Shown here in pieces: positions 12,463-25,300 of a DNA stretch of 64,000 bases (position 1 is its first letter; each line of letters starts with the position of its first letter). Below the pieces are notes generated by a model that saw only the letters and a list, made by a program, of their open reading frames with translations, did not search any database and was not told the DNA's origin. The position numbers were made by a program, and so were the translations under genes. This DNA is from Styela clava (Eukaryota). The stretch lies in NCBI RefSeq assembly GCF_964204865.1, contig NC_135251.1, forward strand, positions 13,888,001 to 13,952,000, in the 5' to 3' direction.

Positions 12463-15400
12463 TCATCTCTCTGGAATTTTCAACTTCTCATTGGATAAAT
12501 CCCATTTATCCTGCAACCATTGTCCAGTAGCATGACTGTATTTCTTAGTTTCATTTTCAATTGACTGATACTTATGTAGTGAAGCATTAAAATGATGAGC
12601 ATCCGATTCCATTATACTGAAAGGAAGGTCTTGTTTAACCTGTAATGAAATGTTGTATATGTACATATTGTGGTGTGGCGCATCGTGCTAATCAATAGAA
12701 ATTCGCTCGCTCACCACAGCATCTCTGATGACCCTGCATGGGTTCGAATCCCATGAGAGGATAGTTATGTGCAAGAGGATTACTGGACTCCTCGCTGCCG
12801 TAGGATGGTTCACTTAACCACTGGTTGGTAACAGCTTCCTCCACCATCCAGTCCATGCTTCCGAGAACAAGTAACTGGCTAACTAATCCCATACCCAACA
12901 TGGACTGGTAGCTGGACGAGTGTTATGTTAGCTGGACCCCATGTTTTTTTTACGAATTTTCCCCATAGGCTAGAAAAAAATGACCAAGTGAAGTCACAAG
13001 TGACCAGAAATCTGCATGATTTGTTTCAAATATTTTTTCAATTCAATTCACCTAGCTACTTTTAGATCAGCCATTCTAGAACCTAAAATTGAAAAAACTC
13101 ACTAGATTTCTAGCTCTGTGTTCCAACATTGCCCATATAGCATGATGAACTTGAAGCTGCTTAGGCAACGATAAACCTTGAAATCTCCACAAACATGTTC
13201 CTGTCCTATCTGGGTCAGAACATTTCAACTGATGAACCTGATGTTATGAATTAAATATATAAAATGCAATACTATATATATTTTACAGAAGTATAGAAAT
13301 GTGAAAAACACTATCCAACAGTAAGCATCAAATGGGCATTCCCTCTACATCTGATATCACATTATTTTAAAATTATTCAAAAAATTAAAATTTATTTTCA
13401 AACTATTTACAAACTACTGCAAAATACAGAGTAAAATATGAAAAAATAACAATATAAGAATAATTTTGATAATGTTGAAACTCATTACCCATGTTTGAGA
13501 ATCTCTACTAGTCCTACATTAAGATTTGTTAATTATAGCGAAGGCACAAAGTACCAAAATTTTGCTATACTTACCGCAGTGACAACAAAATGATATATCG
13601 ATTCTGTAGATGGTATGAGTGGTCCTTCACATATATCAATATATTTTCCAAATTTATAAACAGGAATATATGAATTGGGAAGAGAAAGATAAACATTTTT
13701 CTCAATGCGCTGCAACTGATACCTGTTGCACGAATGAGACAAATTTTTTCAATTGCAAATAATGATACAATTAGAAGATGCGACTAGGTTGATATTGGCT
13801 AAGAAATAGTGATTCGACCTACAATTGTTTCATAACAATTTCTTTTTGCAATTTTGACTAGGGATGAACAAAATAAAGATGGGATGATAAATTATAAAGT
13901 TTTTAATATATCAGCTCAACAAAATGGGTCAAATTCTGGTCACATATGGGCAATCAATAATGGCATTTATTCAAAATACACCAAATAAACTGAATGCAAT
14001 AAGTTTCCATATTTCATACTTACTCATTATGTTTAAATAATTCTTTAGCATCATCTTTATGAATTTCCAAATATTCGAAACGTAATTTTTGTGACAAAAT
14101 ATTGCGTGCTGTTTTTGTTAAAGCGATCAAAACAGATTCATCAACAATCCACTTTGCGGATCCATCAGAATGAATCAAGTCTTTACTCAAATTTATATCA
14201 TAACAAAAGGCTCCATTTTTCTCTGTATTAAAATTGATACATATTCAAATGTGGAATCAAAAAGTGGAATACCTCATTATGAATGCTCATCATGACTATA
14301 CAACCAAAACAGTGAAGTATTTAAATTAAATAAGAAAATGTTCAAGAAGAAAAGTAAGATAATATCTGTTTTGTTGGTTAAACTGAAATCCAGGTGTATA
14401 GATGCCAAACTATAAAATATAAATCAAGTATAGATTGGCATTCGAATAAGTAACCAGAAATTTGATAAAAGATAGTTCTAGCTTGCCTATCAGAAATACC
14501 TGATATATTTGGCAGATAGGCAAGTTTAATATCGACATCTTCCTGGAAAGCTTCTTGAGCAACAGCTCCCAATATTAAGGAACATGATTTCCAGTAAGCC
14601 TTAGAAAAAAAAAAGGGAAATATGGTATGTGAACCCAGATGGTACGTATAGCATCACAATGAATGACGATACGAGAAAGTCAAGTTTAGTACTTATCGTG
14701 CATATTTCTCAATAAATTACAGTAATATGTAAAAAGAGTATTGAAATAATTGAAATAAAAAAAACCTTCTAAACCATTTGAATATATAAAATATACACAC
14801 CTAGGTGAGAAATTTTTATGAACATTTTCTGAGATAAATCCAGAATGGCCGATAAAAAATCAAGCATGAATAAATTGCACCAACCCTGTTGATCATAATC
14901 ATTTCTTCTTTTTCAGGTTGATACATATTATATTTCAAGAGTTTAATTTCGCAATCAAAATCGAGGGGTCTGTGCATATCCCATGGTATCCATTCAGGCT
15001 GTGAAATCTCACCTAATGTAATAACCTGTGAAATTATGGAAATGATTTTAACATGTAGACTGAGTAATCATATTGGGTGTGGTGAGACTTCCTCTACCTG
15101 CACATATCTGTTCCATATTGCTATGTAATAGATTTAAGTAGATCATTGGAATTAAATTTTGCAGATCCATGATAGAAAGCATGAACTAAACCCCAGAGCA
15201 AAATTGTTCAACTTTTTTTTCGGTTAGGCCATATAACCAACATCACACATCTGGCTGGGTCACACAAATACGCGAAATGTGGTTATCGCTTAGCATTACA
15301 GCAACCGGGCAAATCTTCGAAATTTTTTATGCATCAACAATAGCAAAAAAACATGTATTTTTACCCATGTAAGCCTTTCTAAACACAAACTGTGAGGTAA

Positions 15401-18189
15401 GGAATATATAGGTGATGGGGAAAAATCTCAGTGTTGACAAGGGCCACACTAAATGGCTTGGTGAACTTAGATTGTGGCCCGAGGGCCGCCTGTTGTACAC
15501 CCCTGCGCTAAACCTTTGGGCTATGTGGGCCTCGCAGGTACAGATCTCGAGTTTAATCATCGAGCCAACCACCATTTATGTGTAATAAATGTATGTTATT
15601 GTAGGCAATGCTGAACCAAAAAGATTCCAGCCCTTCCAAGATAATAGTGGCTTCTTAGCTATCAAAACCGCTTGTACAATGTACAGAGCCCTGTTTGGAG
15701 AGAAGGTGTGAAACCACTCTATAATAAAGAGGTAGTGATGATAGAAAATGAAGTGGGTGGATATTTATATAGAATATCCACATGGTAAAATTGTTTTTCT
15801 CTATAATAAAAACCATTTTGTCAAATACAGCCATTCAGCATATCATGCACACGCAAATGTTGAACTATGTCTACAAATCAAGATCACATAAACATGATTT
15901 TCCTATATGAACTGATATAAAGTTCTGACCTCTGTGCTAGGATTACTATCATCGACATCTGTCCTTGCATTTTCGGTTTTGACTGCAACAATGACCCCGT
16001 CTTGCTGATTAGATTCACCGTTCTTCTTTACTAGTGCAAGTACTGAATCATCGGCAAGATTTTTTGAAATGTCTGAAAACAAGGAATGTCATGATTTTAT
16101 TAGAAGATTATACAGAAAATTACAAACAATAAATATCTGTGTTAATATTTTACCTTTTAGGGGAGAATTGTGACTTTTCTGAACAAATATATCGAACATT
16201 GATAAATCATTATTTGGTTCATTGACAAAATTCAAGATTCAGTTGTTGGAATGACAGAATAGAAAAAAATTTACAACATCAACCTAGTTTTAAATATTAA
16301 ACTCTTTATTATCTATACCAGGGTGGTCCAAGGTTGTCGTCTTCGCGGGCCACAAAATTATTTTTGCATTGTTCGCGGGCCACTATGGTGTCAGAACAAA
16401 TAGGTGAAAAGGGAAATACAAAACAAAACTTTTATTGTGCAATCAATTGATCTTTATTTGTCATTAACCAAACTAAAAAAACATGCAAAATACACCAGAA
16501 AATCACTGAAACATGCTATGTTTTTCTATATCTACGCTTAATGTAAGATTTCAGACTCTTCACAGCGGAGAAAGAGCTCCCGCAATGTAAGTGCTCTCAA
16601 ACATCGATGGAGTTCTCGAAGCAAAATCCCTCAAAATTTGGAAATGGTCATTGCTCCCATGATAGCAAAATGCCGTTTTAGATTATATTTGCCATAACTG
16701 CAGATTGATTTATCCTCAAATTTTACCAAATGTAAGGTACAGGAGAGTAATTACTAATTTTTCTGACATATAGTAGAGACATTTTTGTAATACTGTTTAG
16801 GCTGGTTCCCTAAAGTCACCGGAAGGAATTATATTGTCAGGCTATAACATTAATATTCAGTTATTATACCTGTTGGAATATATTCCCAGCAAAGATAGAA
16901 GGCCAGTGAACAATTTGGGCTACCCAAGCACACTATTCAACTCCGCTAGTAGTTTCGGCTAGTGTGACACGAGTCAATTTAGTGACATTAGTGAAGTAAC
17001 AAAATGTTGAAAATAAGAAGAAACCACAAAATTTTCTGCTACCAACTAGAATAGGAAATATTAATTCGAAAAAAACTAACTTATTTCATACCCACTATGA
17101 AAAGCTGAACTATACATTATGCAAATAGATTGATATTCAAGATAAAATAACAAAAATGCACTAACGCATTGCACACTGATATGGTGTTGATAACATTTTA
17201 TTCATTAACATTGTCGCATCATCTGCTATGTTGCGTCCTCTGTATTCAACCTGGAAACAATATCAATTAGAAAAAACATTGGCTAAGGCTAATTGCCGTC
17301 ATTGCCACTTTTGTATATAAAAACTTTTGACCCAAATGTTACAGAAAAGTACATCAGAAAGAGATAAATAAACACTAGCATACATATTTGATCTCCAATA
17401 AAATCTCACCAAACCAAATAGTACAATGAAAACAGGAAAATGCTTTGTATAGGAAATATTTTGCACTGGTTTGTCAATTTTATATATAATAAAACTATTT
17501 GAAAATTGATTTTCTGAAACACAAACCTTAATTTTTTCAATTCTTGGAATTTTAGCCGACATGATTTTGGATTTTAAACTTGAAAATAAATCATTTTGCT
17601 CTTTGACGATTTGATCACGGCTTGATTGAGCAATACATAATTCACTGGATTCTTGTGCAGAATCTGTAAAATCAGTTTCGCATACAATAAAACAGATGAA
17701 AAACATTCAAATACATGAAACATTCAACATACACAAACATTCAGATATGTAAATAATAATATTCTCATATAATATACTGATATAATGATTTTAAAGTCTA
17801 ACATTATAACGAGAGCATTTGCAGGGTACCTTACTCATCATTTTATAAGCTTTGCATGTGAAGTAAAATAGAAAATGTCAATGTCTTGATGTGAGGCAGG
17901 TTGGGTCATCCACAGAAAATGAAAACAAGCTGTGGGGACAAAACAGCATTTCAATTCATCAATCAATCGAATTAATCACTACAGGCCTATTATGAATCAT
18001 TGATGACTGTATTTTTTGGTTGAAAAAATAATAAATCTTTCTCTCTATTAAACATTCTAACCTTTTGACCTTAAAAAAAGTGAACTCACTTGAAAACGCA
18101 TTAGATCTTTGGCCTCCATATTTACAATGTGCCAGACGAAACAACAGGATAGACCTGCATGATCGTAATTTTATGCATCCTTTTATCAT
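12463..18189 (-). CDS. MRPL39: Mitochondrial ribosomal protein L39 (mL39), 10 coding exons, 454 aa
   Basis: Exons (minus): 18090-18189, 17527-17663, 17166-17250, 15930-16072, 14885-15025, 14500-14599, 14024-14222, 13575-13722, 13103-13237, 12463-12639. GT-AG, phase-consistent, 1365 nt. Motifs match mL39 (ThrRS N-terminal-like): QNDLF...PRIEKIKV, MNKMLSTPYQCAMH, PWDMHRPL..CEIK, AYWKSCS, GAFCYDI, IDICEGPLIP, RFQGLSLP. The N-terminus is basic and resembles a mitochondrial presequence. Confidence 0.93.
12670..12921 (+). mobile_element. tRNA-derived SINE (family A), 5' and middle part, in the last MRPL39 intron
   Basis: A-box-like TGGCGCATCGTG and B-box GGTTCGAATCC. The body AGTCCATGCTTCCGA...AACTAATCCCATACCC is shared with 11628-11801 and 49534-49781. 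Confidence 0.8.
15190..15505. mobile_element. hAT-like MITE with a second copy at about 51840-52040
   Basis: The right end GGGCCGCCTGTTGTACACCCCTG and TTGACAAGGGCCACACTAAAT are the reverse complement of 51840-51910. Confidence 0.65.
16319..16980. mobile_element. hAT (Charlie-like) non-autonomous element, partial
   Basis: The first ~125 bp and the 16920-16980 segment match 43255-43711. No right TIR seen. Confidence 0.7.
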
Positions 18190-18620
18190 TGCAACCTTCC
18201 GTATTATTCGTTTGAACACGAGATTCTCGGGCAGCTTAAACTTTCAGGGCAATCAGGCAAGGGCGGTATGTTAGTCGTTGGGCAAGGGTCAACTCTGCAA
18301 ACGGCAACATGTGAATCCATGTGGATTGTAAATGACTAAATAACTGCTACCGGTAGATGTCAATAAAGAGTATTATCGTTCATCTTGACTTTTCCCCTTT
18401 CATCACTGCAACGAAACTCGGAGGCAACTATTTGAATTGCTCATAAAGTTCTGCAGTTCAGCAGTTACATTCGAATATATTTTTAACGGAATACCGTACG
18501 GTAGAAGACCGGTAGTCAAAAAACACATTGATGATGAAGAATGACTACGAAACAGGTAGCATTGATTTGATTTCTGATTTGTTTGCAAAATATCAGCTTC
18601 GAAGCTTTTATGTTAATAGT
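18190..18620. promoter_or_regulatory. Probable bidirectional promoter region (MRPL39 / MAM-like gene)
   Basis: Divergent start codons 1.1 kb apart, local CpG enrichment, and a palindrome TACCGTACGGTA at 18492-18503. Candidate plus-strand 5' UTR donor near 18554 and acceptor at 19278. Confidence 0.45.
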
Positions 18621-19310
18621 CTACCTGCAAACCTACCTAACTTAGGTACTTTCTATTACTGAACAAACTGGGAAAAGAACATTTAATATACATAGGCCTA
18701 GTCTATATAGGCTAATTGGGTCATAGCCCACTAACAACACAAAATAAGGCCTCATTTTTAAGGGAATTTTCTCAAACATGTCAAACCAGGGCGCGTGCAC
18801 ACTCATTCGAAAATAAAAGAGATTTAAGTAACATTCAACCTATAATATTAATACACATCCGTACCAATATCTTAGGATATTTTGCCATGTGCATTATCAA
18901 ATAACGTTATTATGTAGTCTAGATAGAAAATAATAATCTTCTGCTAATTGCCGTCATTCTATAATACAGTAATATGAATTTCAAGCTGAGGATTTGGTAT
19001 GACTCTGGAAGTCTCTAGCTGTTTGACCTGATTTGACATAGTACAGTAGTATGATTCAATCTAACAATTCTGTCATCTGTCTCAGTTACAATGATATTGC
19101 TATTTACCTCATTCAAACTGCACCTCATGTCAGCATGTGGAGAGTTGTCGATAATGTGATGCAGACTTTATTTAATTCTAACTGTTCACCACCTGACTTG
19201 CAATATTCTCATTTAAGTGTATGTCTGGGAAAATTATGAAATATTATCTGCCTAAACAAAATATTCATCATATTTCAGGCTTACAGCGTGGAAGAGGATC
19301 TCGACACAAT

Positions 19311-22300
19311 ATGAGTCGAATAAGATGGGTTTTGCTAGCACTTGTTGTTTTTAACATATTTCTTCTTTATAAATTATGGACCCAGAATGTTGAAATATCT
19401 GCAATTGAGGTAAATATTTTTTGCTTTATTAAATATCACTAACCTGACGTTAATTAAGATAAGTCATTCAATTATTTTTGTGGAACATGTAATGCAAAAT
19501 AGCGTTTAAACGAAGTAAAAACGTAGTTTTAAACTAAACTTTTGTTTTAGACAAAAAATAGTGAAATGCATGAACATATTGAAGATACCAATAGAAAGAA
19601 ATTAAAAGCGGAAAAGATAACTACGGAAATTCAAATGGAAAAAAATGAATGTGATACGAAATTGGCAGAAGAAAAAGGTAGAAAATTGATTATTATTGCA
19701 TTCTGAGCAGAGTTTTAGGCATGATCTGAATCTTAGACATCATTGCAGGCTTGAGATAATAGGTCGACACTGATATGACTGTAACACATTGGTTTTCTCT
19801 CATTTTATACAATTCCATGCATTTCTCTTTTTAAAGGCCACAGAGCTAGCCTTTTTATTGCGAACAGATCTGTGTAGTCATCTTTATTGATATTAGGGTG
19901 GTATCTTGAGCCGAAATTTCGAATTATTCGTATTCGGAGTCTAAATTTTTGTCCTAAAAATTGTTATCAACACAGAATCTAAATTTTAAGCTTGAGTCTG
20001 GGGGTCTCCCGAAGTACGCACCTGCAAGTACTTCTAGTTGGTATAGTATAATGATTTTCGCATATAATACTCCTAACCATCACCAGACTATGTCATAGTT
20101 TCCAGACCCCTGGTTTTGAGCCAATAGTTATATATTGTTAATCAACCAATGAAGTTTAATTAGCATATGTACGGCATTAGAAATTGAACCGAATCTGGCA
20201 GCTGAATAGATATTAAAATATTTCAGGTTTATCAGCCAAATATAAGAATGAGAAGGAATCACAGGAAAGGGTTCTTGATTCATCGCGATCGGATTTAAAA
20301 GAATTAACTGCAAGTTATGAGCGACTTAAAAAAGAGAAGGTTTGTGGAAATTTTCATGTTGTTTTCTCAACTTCATGGTGTGATGCTGGAGAAACTTAGG
20401 AAATTTAATTTTATAAATAGGAATATCTACAAAAACTCACTGGTACTAGGAACCAAATTCCAGATTTAAAAAAAATTTCTGTTTTGAGATTTCTGGTAAT
20501 CATATTTCCAGCTGTTTTTTCTGTAAAATTCTGTATGAAAGTTGAAAATACTGGTTCACAAGTGTTAATAATGGACCAAAGGCTAGAATTGTTAGGTATC
20601 TACACAGTTATTGTAGCATAGTGAACTTTGATTCAAACATTGCAAAATCAAACCCTTCTAATTATTCTAGTAGTGGTGAATTCTAAAAACTTTTTATCTG
20701 AAGGAAACTGTGGACTCAGAACATGAACGTTGCCTTGCTGAACTTGAGAGTACTAAAGAAATTGTTGAGCAATTGCAAGCCAAGATACAAAAGTTAGAGC
20801 AAAGTCCTATTGGGTAATTATATTATTGTTAATACATTATTGTGCATTTCCTTTTGAACAAGAATTTAAATTAGCAAAAACCAAAAAAAATTGGTGAGGT
20901 TGTTCAACTTTTTATGTTCAATATTTTTAATGTTGAAATGAGTGTTGATTGGAGCATGAATTTATCAAATCAAAATTCAAGAGCAATACACTGATATAAG
21001 TGACCTGCTGTTCATCAAAATTGATCACCAAATGATCTACATGGCGGCGCAATCTCATAAATCATGGTATCACAGCATGTACCAACTTCCCTAACGGCCA
21101 AAAAAAATACACAAAAAATAGGAGACATATCCATCCAATTCGGGAGTGATTTAATTAGCATATAAAAAATTGATTTTTGTGTCAAGAGCAGCCACAGTAG
21201 CTTTCAAAAGGATCAATAGGTAGGTCCGCTTCTCCCAAATATGTGAAATTCATAACTGTAGTATGCTTCATGTGTCTTGTTCTTTATTGCAATGTTCTGT
21301 TTTCTAATTCAACCATGATTCATTAAAGCAAAAAAGCATGCCTATTATAGTTTTTTTGATACTATCATAACTCATAAGCATAGCTTAGGAATAAAATGTT
21401 TCGATTCGATTCTGTGAAATATATCGGGGAAATTTCCTATCTTTTCCTTGTTTGACAAGAGCCCAAATTTTTCAGTTTATATATTTATTTTTGCAGTCAA
21501 ACAACTCCGAATGATGAAAACAAGCCAGTTGTCAAAGATATCGGTACCGAAAATGAATCTGAAAATAAGGTAAAACTGCTTCAATATATTTTATGACACA
21601 AACCTGTATAGCCTATTTATCACAGGTTTATGTTATGCTGAAATAATACCATGTATGGTAATTCTTGTATTTTTCCCTATACTATTTTAAATGATTTGAG
21701 CAATACAAAGATAGATTTAATATATGAAGATTGTGTCCAATAAAATTTATATAGATGCTATAATAATTACATAACATTTATTTTAAAAATTCAGTATTCA
21801 AAAACACTCTTTTTGTGTAAATTTTGCACTGGAATAATTTTTTATTTTCATGATATATTTATCCCGACAAAACTTTATATATCGAATGAATGAAAAAATT
21901 CAGAGGATAAATGAATTTTCCAAATTATGAACATGAAAAGAATTGCGAAGTAGAATTTCACAATACTTACCGTAACTTCTAATTTCTAATATGGAATAAA
22001 TCGCATTTTCCATATGTAAAGATACAGTTGCAACAAATTTCGTTTCAAACTTCCTTTTTAAATCGGTGAACTCTACCAGAGTATCTTTCTAAATTCGTTT
22101 CAATGGTGTAATCCATGTCTTTCTCTAAACAAAGCTCTGCCCAAGCATGTCCGGTATGTTTCTCAATGTTTGGCTTGCAAGTCATTTTATTTACCTAAAT
22201 ATTAGATTAAAAGTTTTAATGAAAAAAAAATAAAAAACGAAAAGCAAAAATTAGAATTCAATTATCTTTATTTGAGGTTTTTTTTTCTGATATTTTTATA

Positions 22301-25300
22301 TGAGAAAGAGAGAGAAACTCGTTATTTTGTCAACCAGAAAACAAGCAATGGTATAATAAAATATCAACAAAATATGCAAGTCAATTCGGTATAGACTGGA
22401 GGGAGCGATACGACCATAAGGTCATTGAAGTCAGCTCCCCCGAAATTCACTATTAAAGAATCACAGTTAATGTATAAACTATGTATCATCAGATCTGTTT
22501 GACACACAAAACATTTAGTTTTAATATATACGTTGATAATAAGACACAAATTCAAAGAGTTTGGTCGTTAATTCTTGAGAAAAAAAAGTGTCCTTCGCTC
22601 TGAACAAGGCTATGCACAAGCAGCCATTGCCAGGTACGGAGTAATTATAGTTTGGAATATCGGCGAACAAGTTGTTGTTAATACACCCATGGGTGAGGAG
22701 GTGAGTCCGGGATTTGAACTCTAAATTTTAACCTGTACTTTCATTGATATACAGGATCAGCCACCCGCAGATGACAGTGAAGAAATCCATGACGCGGATG
22801 CACCAGGTTAGCAATATTGAAAGGATTAGTTAGCTCTTTCCTTTTTCCACTCAAGTATATTGCATATTTAATGGTGTATCATAAAATATATCAAAACTCT
22901 GTATAAGAACAAAGATTGTTAATTATTATGTATTAGCCTATTATATAAAGTAGTGCATGGACAACATAATTCGTTACACCTAGAAAAAGTGGTGCATTTG
23001 TACTGGAGCAATATTGAATTTTTAGTACTTGAATATAGTTGAAGTTGTTAGCAGGCTATTACTTACTGTTCTTATTTTTAAACTGCCTCGATATTTTAAT
23101 TAATCAAAATTTTTCCATTTTATATGAATATTATGCCACCTCATGTCATTATATTGTCATATCAGTCTGCTACCTTCGTGACAAATCCAGTGCTCATTGC
23201 TCAACTGTGCTCTTACCGGTATCGATGTGGATTGCTGTAGTGGGAAATTTGATTTGCAAATTTGAAGCTTAAGTAACAGATTTTAGTACAGGTCACATAG
23301 GCTATTTATTGGTAATGCGTCGAGTAACTGCCTCAATGGACCTTCATGTGTTAATATTTTTGGGCATTGCTCATTTGTAATTAATATACATTATTGTAGT
23401 ATATGTAACATAGCAGCACGGAGTCTTTCCGATTGCATCATATTTGACATTTAAAAAGCAAATTTTACGCAAAAATATATTTATTTCAGGTTCAGTCGCC
23501 TTGGTGCAATGCGGATTTGAAGAAAATCCAGAAGCAGAAAGTCCGCTTTGTAAATATCACGATGATTTGAGTAGCACAGGAAAATGGAAAATCGGAAATT
23601 CTGACATCATAAACTCTCATTTAGGAGACAACAGTAAAGCTGAAGGTAATGTGTATTTTGAATGATATGTTAATACTAGCAAAATGGTTGGCGTACTTGA
23701 TAGAACATATTAAATTAAAATAATATTGATTATTGGTTTGGAAGCGGAAGGAAAGAATTATGATAGGAAGGAAACGTGCGTCATCAAATATTCATAATAA
23801 GTTAATTTACTCTATTGGACCTGCCTCAACAATTTCGACAAAATGTCCATTGAGATTGAATCTTAAAACTGTTTTTCACTCTGTCTAAGGGCTATTTGTT
23901 TTATAAAACTCACCACACTACTCGGCATAAAAGTTCTTTCGATATGAATTCTGTGTTGAATGTGGAATGGGAAATTTTTTTTTCAATGGTATGTTTGGGT
24001 ACAAAATCCTCCTCCCATAACTATTTTCCTCAAATTGTTCATTAAAGCAAAAGGTTGTTAGTATATAAATTCAAGAGAGATTATGTCCAACTTATGGTTA
24101 TCTGTATTAATTGGTACTGAAGTATCTGTAACAGGTTAGGGATAGGCCAGGTTAGGTTATTCCGATTTTCCTCATTTTAGTTCCATTACGAGTTCGGACT
24201 GTCTTTGTTAGCGAAGTGGATATACCCCCTTCCCATAGGTTTCAGTCCCTTTACACAACTTGATGTAAAGTAGGCAAACCAAATTAGTTACCTTCATATT
24301 GGTACACACACTTCTGGAGCGCCATTAATTGAGAGTCACCTTATATTAGTTTCAAATGAAATATTCATTTCTAATAAGATAGTTAAAACAAGCCTCTATC
24401 CAAGACTATCCAATCATTTCAGTACCTGTTAGGCTGTTAGCATTATATGGCAAATTGGATTACCAGATAAGTTTCATAGCTACCTTTCCTTGCTCTATGC
24501 CTTTGTGAAAGTTCAGTCAGACTTCTTCAGACAAGCATTTTATAACTATTTTCAACTAATTACAGTTTGTTTTAGGTTCAAACTAGAATAGAAATCAAAT
24601 TTTAACAAAAACAGCTTTTTTTCATTATTTCTGATACCTATTTTTTATAATTTTGATTCCTTTTGTTCAGCTTCTTATCTGTTTATTGATGATACTACAC
24701 TGGCATCAAATATTCCTGCTGGGATAATATTGGATTCATTTCAATCAAACCAATGTGCGAAATTGACTTTGACAACATTTTCTGTGGAATCAGGTAATAG
24801 GTTTTCAAGTAATTTTTAGTAGTTTTCTATATATTTTTTGTATTAAAATTTATTTATATTTATGTCTTTTGCTCTGAGCAAGGCTCTTTACAAGCGACCA
24901 CTGATATGTATGCAGCTACTTATTTTATAAGATTTTGTAATATCTTTCTGATTCGGCATTACCTCCTCAAACGAAATGGCATTATGCTTACTTAATTCCA
25001 ACAGCTACAACTTGTACGGTGTGTTACGATTTGTAGGGTCGGCTTATATGCAAATTTTTATAAATGCATCGTTTTTGGGTCGTTTTTAGAGGGTCGTCTT
25101 ATATGCGAGGACATACTGTATGCCAAAGAGAATTGTATACACATGGTTTGTATTTAAAAATCACTATGTAATTGTTTTCATACAGGTGGCATTAAAATTG
25201 AAAATAACGGTGAAATTTTTGAATTACCTGGACTGCTTGAAGGTATGTATATATATGTTTATCATTAGTTTATAAAATTGACGAATGTCAAGGTTATTGT

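Noticed and set aside
12670-12760. tRNA gene
   Set aside because: A/B boxes are present, but I cannot form a clean acceptor stem, and the sequence continues into a body repeated elsewhere, so it is a SINE head.
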